Shown piece by piece: positions 16,342 to 25,408 of a stretch of DNA of 43,303 nucleotides. Origin of the DNA: a virus (taxonomy: Duplodnaviria > Caudoviricetes); the IMG/VR virus record IMGVR_UViG_3300044806_000263, positions 1 through 43,303 of that record; one strand, written 5' to 3'. The translations under genes and the position numbers were made by a program. Under the pieces are notes generated by a model. It did no database searches. It was given only the letters and a program-made list of their open reading frames with translations, and was not told where the DNA came from. Positions within the stretch are counted from its first letter, which is position 1. Every line of letters starts with the position of its first letter.

Positions 16342-16577
16342 AGAACACAATCAGGGAGCATACATTCAACTCTGGTGTGTGACGAAGACTCCCTGATGTT
16401 CCAGTTTTTCTGACAATGGTTTCCTGTGATAAACCTATGTCGCCAGCGGAAAGCAGATACTCTCTTGTCTCTTTTCCGCTGACGCAAGTTGGCATTTCGT
16501 TTGTCTCCTCCTCGGGCAGCCATTGCCCGTTAACAAGCAGGATAGCGGCAGCAATGTAACTATCCTGCTTTCTTTTT
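16342..16577 (+). ncRNA. Candidate structured small RNA (five hairpins) with anti-SD motif TTGTCTCCTCCT
   Basis: Stems ATCAGGGAG/CTCCCTGAT, GGTTT/AAACC, CAGCGGAAA/TTTCCGCTG, CGGGCA/TGCCCG and a terminator; motif at 16501-16512 lies between stems. Confidence 0.55.
16535..16577 (+). terminator. Intrinsic terminator
   Basis: 11-bp stem AAGCAGGATAG/CTATCCTGCTT followed by TCTTTTT. Confidence 0.8.
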
Positions 16578-16590
16578 CACCCATCCCTCC

Positions 16591-16848
16591 ATGTCAACAG
16601 TCAAAGAGATATACAAAACTCTCTTGATTGGAGAGGGTAAAGTGAAACTCAGAATAGGAGACAGGAAAGAGTATGATACTGTACGAACTGGACTGTGCAA
16701 AGAGCATAGAACACCAGCAGCAATTGGACTGACAGATGGATCGCTCTGTTCTAGCTGGTCAGAGGAAACAGGAATAGCAGAGTTCTGGATTGGCGAATCA
16801 AGGAAGAAGAAGGCACGAACATGGGAAGTTGTCGATGACGGAGAATGA
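16591..16848 (+). CDS. Hypothetical protein (85 aa)
   Basis: ORF in operon orientation; no clear ribosome-binding site. Confidence 0.65.
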   Translation: MSTVKEIYKTLLIGEGKVKLRIGDRKEYDTVRTGLCKEHRTPAAIGLTDGSLCSSWSEETGIAEFWIGESRKKKARTWEVVDDGE

Positions 16849-17104
16849 GGAAGTTGAAGTTACTTTTCGCAAGTACGAACAGGTTTGGCAGCAGATTGCA
16901 AAAGCTGTCAGACCTGTTCGCATTCGTGTGCCCAAAAACTTTCAACGCACGTTTATACAAGCGGTAAGAAAAGAAAAGACCATTGCCAATGTCCGGAGAA
17001 AATCTCTAGGCATGCCAAGTTACGGCAGGATGGCAACAGTGGTGGATGAAAAAGATCCACTGATTTTGATTTTCAGTTTGGAATACAATGGAGATTTGCT
17101 GTGA
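16835..17104 (+). CDS. Hypothetical basic protein (89 aa, start reassigned to MTENEEV)
   Basis: Short overlaps at both ends. Confidence 0.65.
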   Translation: MTENEEVEVTFRKYEQVWQQIAKAVRPVRIRVPKNFQRTFIQAVRKEKTIANVRRKSLGMPSYGRMATVVDEKDPLILIFSLEYNGDLL

Positions 17105-17568
17105 GCCACATCATCATCCCTGATGGAAAAGAATACAGGCGGAAGAATGCGTTCGATCAGGACAAGGAAGCAACTGACGAACGAGCGCAAAAGATTGCCA
17201 GCTCTGAGCATGATGCGGGCATTCTTGCCCCTGATGCTGCGCTGCCAAAGAATCAACAGCATGAATACAGTGGTGACAGCGCGGCGAAACAGAAGAATTT
17301 TGACCAGAAGGTTTACCTGTTTCCTGAGTCATTCAACGCCCTGCGACGTGAGCTAGAAGACAACTGGCCCAATCTGTTCAACGAATTCAATCCAGAGATT
17401 GGCATGTCCATTGGCTACGCAATGGCGTTCAATTCTGAAGTGTTCATTGGTGCGATGAATGGCGCACTGGACATGGCAGAACAGTATGACAGTGGCAATG
17501 TGGATGCCATCTGCAAAGCGTTTCTTAATGCTCTGCGCGCGAAGCGTGGGGTGAGTAAACTGCAATAA
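17101..17568 (+). CDS. Hypothetical protein (155 aa)
   Basis: GGAG site; GTGA overlap. Confidence 0.8.
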   Translation: MSHIIIPDGKEYRRKNAFDQDKEATDERAQKIASSEHDAGILAPDAALPKNQQHEYSGDSAAKQKNFDQKVYLFPESFNALRRELEDNWPNLFNEFNPEIGMSIGYAMAFNSEVFIGAMNGALDMAEQYDSGNVDAICKAFLNALRAKRGVSKLQ

Positions 17569-17581
17569 GGAGTAAACAACG

Positions 17582-17878
17582 ATGATCGAATCCGCCGCAC
17601 CCGAAGTTACCCAACTGGAGTTTCAAAAGCTAGATGTTCTCGAACGCCTTTCCAAAGTTGAAACCATGTTGACTGGCACTGACCCCATGCTGCCAGTGCA
17701 CATGAAACACATCCACAAGAATCTTCAAACCTACGAAGAGCTAGTACATATTCTGACTGACGATCAGATTCACACACTGATGGCTGGCATGGCGCGGTTC
17801 AGGGGTATCAGCTTGGCAAAAGAAGTTGCCAGCAAGAAGCGAGTCAGTCTCAAGAACACCACGGTAGATGATCTGTGA
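17582..17878 (+). CDS. Hypothetical protein (98 aa)
   Basis: TAAGGAG site. Confidence 0.8.
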   Translation: MIESAAPEVTQLEFQKLDVLERLSKVETMLTGTDPMLPVHMKHIHKNLQTYEELVHILTDDQIHTLMAGMARFRGISLAKEVASKKRVSLKNTTVDDL

Positions 17879-18191
17879 GCGCAAACTGTTTGTCAGCAAT
17901 GCAGTGTTCCTTGTTGCACAGTGTCTGCGTAATCCGTACTCACCGTACTTTGCATCAAGCATACTGATTGACTGGGAAACAGTACAACAGGCACAGAATC
18001 ATTTCGTAGAATGGACGCCCGGAGTTGACGAATATGTGCAGCAGTTTCGTCACTGGGTCTGGGGCAGAAGAAAAGACAAAGTCCATTACACATCAACCAT
18101 TAGATTGTTGAAGTCGCTGTCACACGATTTCACACTGTTCGACTGGCAGTACGCAGTCCACATACTGAATACATACTATGTTAACCACTGA
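17868..18191 (+). CDS. Hypothetical protein (107 aa)
   Basis: Fills the gap between neighbours with short overlaps. Confidence 0.6.
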   Translation: MICERKLFVSNAVFLVAQCLRNPYSPYFASSILIDWETVQQAQNHFVEWTPGVDEYVQQFRHWVWGRRKDKVHYTSTIRLLKSLSHDFTLFDWQYAVHILNTYYVNH

Positions 18192-19197
18192 TATACAAAC
18201 AGCCATCTTTGCTTTTCTCGGCGATGCAGATGTAGGTTCTTCCGCCGATCTGTCGTACACATCTACGGCAAAGAAAGAGTATGCCAAACTCAAGCGCTAC
18301 TCTAACGTCACTTCCTATTCCCAGCTGACTGAACTGCATCGCTGTCCGCGTAAGTTCCAGCTGATGAAGCAACAGGCAGATGTGCAATCTAGCCTAGATG
18401 CTGTGGAAGAAAATCTCAACTTCGCATTCGGCCATGCTGTAGGTGCGGGCATCCAATCTTGGTTGGCAACTAAGAACATGGATGCTGCGCTGTTCAATTG
18501 TTTCATGGCCTGGAATGCTGGGTTCGATGAGAGAGATCGTTACGGTTCCAAATCTATCTGGGAAGCGCACATGGCGGTGGAGAAGTTCATTCCATTTGCC
18601 ATGGAAGAGCTTGCCGACTATGAGATTCTGACTCTCGCAAATGGTAAGCCAGCAATTGAAATTGCATTCTCTATCCATGCAGAGCGCGGCAACAAACACT
18701 ATGGCCACATGGATATTGGGCTAAGAAACATAAGGACGGGTAAAGTCGCAGTCGGAGAGTGTAAAACTACAAAGTACAAAGAGGCAGAGGAAGCATTCTA
18801 CGCAAACAGCGGGCAGGGAGTATCTTACTCTACCATGCTGGAGACTCTGTATCCTGGCATCACAGAATACGAGGTACTGTACCTTGTCTATTCCTCTTCT
18901 GCCCGCAAGTGGCAGCTCATGCCATTTACAAAGTCGGTAAAACACAAGGTCGAATGGATCAAAGATTTGTTGCTCGATCACAGTCTGATTGAGACGTATG
19001 AGAGAATCCACTTCTACCCCAAGCGCGGCGAAGCATGCTATGACTTTGGTCGCAGATGCCAATACTACGGAGAGTGCAATCTAGTCTCAGATGTACCGCT
19101 GCCGCGATTGGCAGAAGCAGATGAAGCTGAGAATGTGGATTACATACTGAAGCTGGAAGACATCATCACTGTGCAACGACAAAGGAATGAAGAATGA
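18178..19197 (+). CDS. PD-(D/E)XK exonuclease, Cas4/AddB-like with probable Fe-S cluster (339 aa)
   Basis: SYSQL..LHRCPRKF, FGHAVG, GHMD...ECKT and C-terminal C-x6-C-x5-C. Confidence 0.85.
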   Translation: MLTTDIQTAIFAFLGDADVGSSADLSYTSTAKKEYAKLKRYSNVTSYSQLTELHRCPRKFQLMKQQADVQSSLDAVEENLNFAFGHAVGAGIQSWLATKNMDAALFNCFMAWNAGFDERDRYGSKSIWEAHMAVEKFIPFAMEELADYEILTLANGKPAIEIAFSIHAERGNKHYGHMDIGLRNIRTGKVAVGECKTTKYKEAEEAFYANSGQGVSYSTMLETLYPGITEYEVLYLVYSSSARKWQLMPFTKSVKHKVEWIKDLLLDHSLIETYERIHFYPKRGEACYDFGRRCQYYGECNLVSDVPLPRLAEADEAENVDYILKLEDIITVQRQRNEE

Positions 19198-19997
19198 AAG
19201 CATCTGAATATAAAGAGTCCATGTCACCGGCTCGCCATATCTGTATCTATGGCGCACCGAAGACTGGCAAGACAGAGTTGGTTGGCGCTCTGGCACAGCA
19301 TTACAAACTCTGGGTACTTGATCTTGACGGTGGCGGCAAAACTTGGTTCAAAGCTTCTTCTCCTGCTGCCAAGTATCTGGACAACATCGAATACTTCCGT
19401 CTGCCGGATACGCAACTGATGCCCATTGGAATTGAGACAGTTCTCAAGGTCATCAAGGGCGGTCCGTGCAACATCTGCTACGACCACGGCAAAGTGGACT
19501 GCCCAAAATGCAAGGCCGGCAATCGCCCCAGCTCTGTCATCAATGTGTCGGACTTCAAAACTGACAAAGACATTCTGGTCATTGATCCCTACTCGCAGGT
19601 GATGGACAGTGCAATCAACTGGATAAAGCGAGATGCAATCCAGAAGGATGACTTCTCTACTGAGTGGGCTGACTGGCGCAAACAAGGTGGACTGTCAGAC
19701 AGAATTTGTTCAACTCTCCAGAATGCCGCATTCAATGTCATCATCACGTCACATGAAATTCTCTCTCCGCAAGAGGATGGCACAAAAAAGATCTCTCCCA
19801 TTGGAGGTACTCGCAATTTTTCTACTGACTTCGGTAAGTACTTTGACGATATTGTCTATTGCGATCTTCTTGCTGGAAAGTACAGAGCATTCTCTGACGC
19901 AGGGGACAAAACCAGAATTGTCATTGGCTCCCGGACGGGAAAGAAACTGCAAGACGACAAAGGCAATCAGCTGGGCCTGATTGAGTTGTTCAAATGA
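19194..19997 (+). CDS. Sak4-like (AAA_24) ATPase / recombinase (267 aa)
   Basis: IYGAPKTGKT, LDLDGG, LVID, IITSHE and FDDIVY motifs; Cys-rich insertion; lies between exonuclease and SSB-like genes. Confidence 0.8.
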   Translation: MKASEYKESMSPARHICIYGAPKTGKTELVGALAQHYKLWVLDLDGGGKTWFKASSPAAKYLDNIEYFRLPDTQLMPIGIETVLKVIKGGPCNICYDHGKVDCPKCKAGNRPSSVINVSDFKTDKDILVIDPYSQVMDSAINWIKRDAIQKDDFSTEWADWRKQGGLSDRICSTLQNAAFNVIITSHEILSPQEDGTKKISPIGGTRNFSTDFGKYFDDIVYCDLLAGKYRAFSDAGDKTRIVIGSRTGKKLQDDKGNQLGLIELFK

Positions 19998-20371
19998 ATC
20001 TCAAACCTGGAGAATATCGTATGGCAATGTCATCTGATGGTCCGTATCCAATCCCTGAACATCTGCGAGCATTGGTGGAAGCTCAACAAGACACTGTGTC
20101 CGCTACTCTCGAATCTCGCGGTACACAGTATGGCGAATTTGTTGACGGCGCAATTGTCATGCAAGAACTGAAGATGGTGATTGCATCGCAACTTGGACAG
20201 CGCGGCAAAGCACTGTTGCCAATTCAGCAAGAAGCATTGGATATGATCTGCCACAAGATTGGTCGCATCATCAACGGCAATGCCAACAACATCGACAGCT
20301 GGCTTGACATCGCAGGATATGCTCGGCTAGTATACGATCATCTTGTAAAGGAGAGCAAAAGAACCAGGTAG
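19994..20371 (+). CDS. DUF6378-like all-helical protein, possibly nucleotide pyrophosphatase-related (125 aa)
   Basis: TLxxRGxxYGxF ... KIGRI ... DSWLDIAGYA signature. Confidence 0.7.
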   Translation: MNLKPGEYRMAMSSDGPYPIPEHLRALVEAQQDTVSATLESRGTQYGEFVDGAIVMQELKMVIASQLGQRGKALLPIQQEALDMICHKIGRIINGNANNIDSWLDIAGYARLVYDHLVKESKRTR

Positions 20372-20460
20372 CAAACACACCATCGTGCCTCAACATGCAT
20401 ACAAACTGTTATCCAATCCGACTGACATCTCTCTTTTCATTTTCCAAGGAATCATTCATC

Positions 20461-20925
20461 ATGTCTGACAACAACACTGTTTCCATTGACGACATCGACT
20501 TGCTGGACAAGGACATCACCGAAATTGCAGACCTTGCTGGCTTTGACGTTCCTGTCAATGGCGAGTATGTTCTGGGTTTCTCCATCGACCTGAAGAAGGT
20601 GAATGGCAAGAACTCTGTCTGCCCGCAGTACCGTGTGATTTCTTGTGTCAAGCAAGACAGCGAAGAAGATACCCCGACACCGGCCGAAACCAAGTTCGGG
20701 CAACTCTTCATGTTGGAAGGCGAGAAGGCAGATACGGCTCTGTCTGCACTGAAGCCTCTGCTGGCACCGATTGGTGAAGCAATTGGCAAGGGCAAGGTTT
20801 CCGAAATCATCAAGTACGTGCAAGAGCAGGGCGAAATCATTGTCGGTGCCACTGTCAAGCGGCGCTATGACAAGGAAGACAAGGAAAAGATTTACGCCAA
20901 TGTGAAGAATCTGCGGATGCAGTAA
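20461..20925 (+). CDS. Putative single-stranded DNA-binding protein (154 aa, start MSDNNTV)
   Basis: AAGGA site; beta-rich OB-fold-like pattern; downstream of the Sak4-like gene. Confidence 0.6.
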   Translation: MSDNNTVSIDDIDLLDKDITEIADLAGFDVPVNGEYVLGFSIDLKKVNGKNSVCPQYRVISCVKQDSEEDTPTPAETKFGQLFMLEGEKADTALSALKPLLAPIGEAIGKGKVSEIIKYVQEQGEIIVGATVKRRYDKEDKEKIYANVKNLRMQ

Positions 20926-20966
20926 AGCACAGTGGGGCAGGTCAGGACGACTGCTCCTATTTCAAA

Positions 20967-20982
20967 TGGCACGAGATTGGCT
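20967..20982 (+). promoter_or_regulatory. Possible sigma54 promoter TGGCACGAGATTGGCT upstream of the polymerase operon
   Basis: Perfect -24 element, GC at -12, one mismatch; intergenic, just after a terminator-like hairpin (20934-20962). Confidence 0.5.
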
Positions 20983-21011
20983 TGTGTCATTTGCAATAGG
21001 AAGGAAACAAT

Positions 21012-21242
21012 ATGATTCGAGCGACACCGACATTCTGGCCAGGCACCAAAGAGTTGCAGAGTATATCTCTGCTTGTCACTGGCGGTTCACTTGAGAGACT
21101 CAAGACTCTCGTTGACCGCGCACTGAACACTTGGGACTCTGCCCATCCAGAACTGAAAGAACTTGGTGATATGCTGACACATGGCAAGGTCACACAAGAT
21201 TACTACGGCCAGACAGGGATGGTGAAAAATGAGAACGAATGA
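21012..21242 (+). CDS. Hypothetical protein (76 aa)
   Basis: AAGGAAAC site. Confidence 0.75.
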   Translation: MIRATPTFWPGTKELQSISLLVTGGSLERLKTLVDRALNTWDSAHPELKELGDMLTHGKVTQDYYGQTGMVKNENE

Positions 21243-21456
21243 AACAACCACGCAATCCCTTAACCTGTTCATCCACAACAATGAAATATGGATGCGCATC
21301 ATTCCTGGCAAAGCGCTGTTTCAATCGTCCATGGTGCACAGTGTTGTTAACCGTGGTGATGTGTTTGCTGTCCGCCTTCGTGATGGTTTGTTTTCCATCG
21401 TGAGCGGTAAAGAGCAAGTAGAACAGATCAAAGGTCAGCTGACAGTCTCGCAATGA
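21229..21456 (+). CDS. Hypothetical protein (75 aa)
   Basis: Coupled to the polymerase gene (ATGA). Confidence 0.7.
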   Translation: MRTNETTTQSLNLFIHNNEIWMRIIPGKALFQSSMVHSVVNRGDVFAVRLRDGLFSIVSGKEQVEQIKGQLTVSQ

Positions 21457-23690
21457 AACTCCTCCTTCTCTGCACCACTGCCGATCAATCATACTTCGAG
21501 CGCTTCTCGCGGCTCGCAGCATTGGTTGGCCACAAGGTCGTACAAACTACAACATCACATATCAACCCTGTGACTCTGGATGTGGTGGCAGAGAAGCACG
21601 GTGTTGACGCCATTCTCTGTGCACAGCAGCCGGCGCTGGAAGCAATCCTCAGAGATACTGTAGATTGGATTCCGCCGGCTAGCAAAACAAAGAAAATAAC
21701 TCTCGACGACTACGCTGGCAGCATGTTGAAGCTGCGAAGCGGCAGAGAAGTTGTCGTACTCAATCCCCTCGAACGGCTGCGAACTATTCCGTTCGAGAAG
21801 TTCGTTGTCAATCGCTATGTGTCCAAGCTGACAAAACCTGATGCTTGGTTTAAACAGACAGCATTTCAATGGAAGCGAGTAACCAGTGAGAACCAACATG
21901 ATGTACTTGCGCGGCTATCTTTGGCTCGTCTCGTTGCCATTGATATTGAAACGCCATGGCCGCAAGATGATCTACGCACTATGCGTTGTGTCTCTTATAC
22001 TGCATATTTCCCTGACACTCATACTACTGAATCGTTTGTTGTCGGGTTCGACAATGTGTGGGAGTGGCAGTTCATCCGCGCGGCCAATGCTAATCCTGTA
22101 GCCAAGGTATTTCAGAATGGACTATTTGACAACGCTTATTTCCTACGTTGGGGATGCCCAGTTAACAATTGGCTCCACGACACTTTCCATCTATTCCATT
22201 CTTGGCTTTCTGAGCTACCTAAGCGGCTGGATTTTATCGCTCCGATGGTACTCAGAAATGTTCGCTACTGGAAAGATGACGGCAAAGCAGGCGGTGAGAT
22301 GGATTTACACCGCTATTGCGCTCTTGACGGTTGGTCTACTGTTAATGGCTTGCTCGCTATTCTAGCAGAGTGCCCGCACTGGGCAGTGAACAACTATGCA
22401 CTGCACGAATTTCCAATGATCTTTCCCTCTATTCATGCTGCCATGGAAGGGTGGAAAGCGGATGAAGCGATAGCCACCAAGGTGCGAGAGCAGAAGACCA
22501 AAGAGATTGCAGCGTTAAAATCGCGCATCCAATATCTGGTCGGTGAGCCACTGTTCAATCCTGGCTCTCCCGATCAGATGGCAAATCTGTTTCGCATTCT
22601 TGGAGTGGACGCATCCAATGGTACCGGCAAAATTCCAACTCTCAAAGCCATGGCGGCTAGTCCCCTGGCTGGTAAGATACTCGAACTCTGCACTCTCTAC
22701 AAGGGAGAGGTCAAGTTACTTTCCAATTACCTTGATCCCTCTTGCATTTGGCAAGGCAGAGTCTTTTACTCTCTCAATCCAGGGAAGACAGATACACTTC
22801 GAGCGGCAAGCGAAGCATCCGCTTTTGACTGCGGAAACCAAATACAAAACATCCCTCGCGGCGATGCTATCAAACAGTTCTACATGGCTGATGACGGATG
22901 GCTCTTGTGTGAGCCAGACAAAGCTCAGTCAGAAGCCAGGTGTGTCGGCTATCTCTCTGGAGAAGAAGCGTTAATCAGCTTAGTAGAGTCCTCCCACGAC
23001 TACCATGCGTGGAATGCAGCAGCGTTTTTCGGAGTACCGTATGAGCAGATATATGACGAGATTGGTCGTAAAACTCTCGACAAAATCCTACGTGATTTGG
23101 CCAAGCGTACTAATCATGGCGCAAACTACAACATGGGTGCCGGTGTTATGCTGGATACTATGGGACCAGCGTTAGTTGCCAAAGCAAAGATCAGTCTGAA
23201 ACTTCCTGCTTCCTGGTCACTGCGTATGGTGTGCGAACATCTGCTGCGACAGTATGACAAGACATACCCCGCTGTACGTGGCCGCTGGTATCAACATACA
23301 ATCACTCAGGTGGAAACCACGGGCATGTTGGTTTCTCCGTTTGGTTGGGTCCGCAAGTGCTTTGGTTCGCCCAGAGATAACAAGCCGCAGTTGAACTCTA
23401 TCGTTGCTCACGCGCCGCAGAATCTCTCGGTGGCATGTGTGAATAGAGAGTGGTACAAGATTTGGCGCGCCACAGTTTACGGCGACCTCGTTGGCCGCGT
23501 CCGAGTTAAAGCACAAATCCACGACAGCATACCATTCCAGTATCGTATTGGTGATTATGCTGCCGCACAACAGGTACAGGCAATGATGAACACAAGAGTC
23601 AAAGTTACAGGGTCAGATGGAAAGACAAGAGAGATGTACATTCCAACTGATCTGGGTGAAGGCAAACAATACTGGAGTGAGCTCAAGTGA
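21453..23690 (+). CDS. polA: Family A DNA polymerase with 3'-5' exonuclease and an extra N-terminal domain (745 aa)
   Basis: ExoI IDIET, ExoII QNGLFD, ExoIII YCALD; motif A DKAQSEAR, motif B RDLAKRTNHGANY, motif C IHDS. Confidence 0.93.
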   Translation: MKLLLLCTTADQSYFERFSRLAALVGHKVVQTTTSHINPVTLDVVAEKHGVDAILCAQQPALEAILRDTVDWIPPASKTKKITLDDYAGSMLKLRSGREVVVLNPLERLRTIPFEKFVVNRYVSKLTKPDAWFKQTAFQWKRVTSENQHDVLARLSLARLVAIDIETPWPQDDLRTMRCVSYTAYFPDTHTTESFVVGFDNVWEWQFIRAANANPVAKVFQNGLFDNAYFLRWGCPVNNWLHDTFHLFHSWLSELPKRLDFIAPMVLRNVRYWKDDGKAGGEMDLHRYCALDGWSTVNGLLAILAECPHWAVNNYALHEFPMIFPSIHAAMEGWKADEAIATKVREQKTKEIAALKSRIQYLVGEPLFNPGSPDQMANLFRILGVDASNGTGKIPTLKAMAASPLAGKILELCTLYKGEVKLLSNYLDPSCIWQGRVFYSLNPGKTDTLRAASEASAFDCGNQIQNIPRGDAIKQFYMADDGWLLCEPDKAQSEARCVGYLSGEEALISLVESSHDYHAWNAAAFFGVPYEQIYDEIGRKTLDKILRDLAKRTNHGANYNMGAGVMLDTMGPALVAKAKISLKLPASWSLRMVCEHLLRQYDKTYPAVRGRWYQHTITQVETTGMLVSPFGWVRKCFGSPRDNKPQLNSIVAHAPQNLSVACVNREWYKIWRATVYGDLVGRVRVKAQIHDSIPFQYRIGDYAAAQQVQAMMNTRVKVTGSDGKTREMYIPTDLGEGKQYWSELK

Positions 23691-24976
23691 AGTCTCCTGA
23701 CTTCTTCGACCTTTATCTGGACTACCGCGCCCAGACAGAGCCGCCTGTAATCTTCAATCGCTGGGCAGCAATTGCTGTTGTCTCAGCCTGGCTTGGCCGC
23801 TCTGTCTGGTTTCCGTTCGGTTCTACCAGAATCTTTCCAAACCAATATGTGATGTTCGTTGGCGATCCTGGCAGTCGTAAATCCACAGCAATCAAAAACG
23901 CTGTCAAGGTGATACGAGAAGCAGGATACGATACGTTGTCAGCACAAAAGACCAGCAAAGAGAAGTGGCTGCTAGACTTGGCAGGTGAGGGTCTGGAAGA
24001 TGACAAGATCAAGCGCCCCGGTAAGCGAGCCGCAAACTACGATCCGCTGGAAGACATATCGGTGATCGACGGGATACTGGATACGTCATCGCCACACGAG
24101 ATGCTGATTCCTGCTGACGAGTTCAACAACTTTGTCGGTAACGGCAATCTAGAGTTTCTGTCTATTCTTGGTGAACTATGGGACTGGGATGACGAACATG
24201 ACGGATACAAATACCGACTCAAAAACTCCAGATCAATCAACATATTCCAGCCAACCATCACCATCTTGGCTGGCAATACGCCTACTGGCTTTGCAGAATG
24301 CTTCCCGCCTGCAGCAATTGGACAGGGATTTATGTCTCGTCTTATCCTTATCCATGGCGAGTCAAGCGGTAAGAAGATCACAATACCCCCAGTGCCTGCT
24401 CAGGAAGACACCGATCGACTTGTTGCCATGTTACTCCAGATGCGACAGAAATACTCTGGACCAGTTGGTATCACAGAAGATGCAATGTCTGCACTGGATC
24501 TCATTTACAAAACCTGGCCCGATCTTGACGATCCCAGATTCAAACATTACTCTACACGCCGCTTTACCCACCTTATCAAACTCTGCCTTATCCACATGGT
24601 TGGCAGATTGGGGGCCAGGATAGACATTGACGATGTGATCCGGTCAAATACAGTATTGGCACATGCAGAGACGATGATGCCAAAGGCGCTGGGAGAGCTG
24701 GGAAAAGCAAGAACATCGGAGGCGGCCAACAAAATCATGCAGATGCTGTACGCTGCCAAAGAGCCGATAACTATGAAGCAGCTGATGAAAGCTGTTCACC
24801 AGGATTTGGACAAGATTTCTGACATCCATGCAATTTTGCAGACACTGATAGGAGTAGAAAAGATCCAGGCAGTAGCACTTGAAAGTGGACAACAGGCGTA
24901 TCTACCCAAGGTCAATGTGGTCAGTAGAAAGCTGATGTACATCGACATGAAACTTCTCAGAGGACGAGAGCTATGA
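23687..24976 (+). CDS. P-loop NTPase, DUF3987-like putative replicative helicase (429 aa)
   Basis: PNQYVMFVGDPGSRKST, ADEF and GFMSRL motifs; possible C-terminal winged helix; no TOPRIM or AEP domain seen. Confidence 0.75.
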   Translation: MKSPDFFDLYLDYRAQTEPPVIFNRWAAIAVVSAWLGRSVWFPFGSTRIFPNQYVMFVGDPGSRKSTAIKNAVKVIREAGYDTLSAQKTSKEKWLLDLAGEGLEDDKIKRPGKRAANYDPLEDISVIDGILDTSSPHEMLIPADEFNNFVGNGNLEFLSILGELWDWDDEHDGYKYRLKNSRSINIFQPTITILAGNTPTGFAECFPPAAIGQGFMSRLILIHGESSGKKITIPPVPAQEDTDRLVAMLLQMRQKYSGPVGITEDAMSALDLIYKTWPDLDDPRFKHYSTRRFTHLIKLCLIHMVGRLGARIDIDDVIRSNTVLAHAETMMPKALGELGKARTSEAANKIMQMLYAAKEPITMKQLMKAVHQDLDKISDIHAILQTLIGVEKIQAVALESGQQAYLPKVNVVSRKLMYIDMKLLRGREL

Positions 24977-25407
24977 AAGTAAAGTTCAAGAAGCTGACAC
25001 CAGGAGCAGTGACTCCGATGAAAGCAACTGACGGTTCTGCGTGTTTCGATCTATACGTAGCTACCGATGCAGAGGCGCGAACTGTATTCAAGGGCGCCCC
25101 AGGAGTTTTGCACACAGGTTTGGCAGTGGAAGTTCCTGCTGGCCACGTGATGCTGGTTTTTTCTCGCAGCGGACATGGTTTTCGTGATGGCATTCGTCTA
25201 GTCAACTGTGTTGGAGTTATTGACTCTGACTATCGCGGCGAGTTGCTTGTCAAACTTACTTCTGACATGCACACAAACAGTTTCCTTCCTGGCGATCGTA
25301 TTGCTCAGGCAATGATTCTTCCTGTACCTGAAGTTACCTGGGAAGAAACTCACCAACTTGCTGCTACTGTGCGCGGCGATGGCGGTCTTGGATCTACAGG
25401 AGCGTGA
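24973..25407 (+). CDS. dut: Trimeric dUTPase (144 aa)
   Basis: All five motifs: ACFDL, RSG, GVIDSDYRGE, RIAQ, RGDGGLGSTG. Confidence 0.95.
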   Translation: MKVKFKKLTPGAVTPMKATDGSACFDLYVATDAEARTVFKGAPGVLHTGLAVEVPAGHVMLVFSRSGHGFRDGIRLVNCVGVIDSDYRGELLVKLTSDMHTNSFLPGDRIAQAMILPVPEVTWEETHQLAATVRGDGGLGSTGA

Positions 25408-25408
25408 G

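Noticed and set aside
16130-16495. 121-aa minus-strand ORF with a strong Shine-Dalgarno
   Set aside because: It opposes the whole plus-strand arm, overlaps the 235-aa gene and has an implausible sequence; the site is better read as an anti-SD seed on the + strand, though translation is not excluded.
21453-25407. Modified-base genome (2-aminoadenine, 7-deazaguanine, hmU)
   Set aside because: No purZ, dpdA/que, thymidylate synthase-like or glycosyltransferase genes were recognised.
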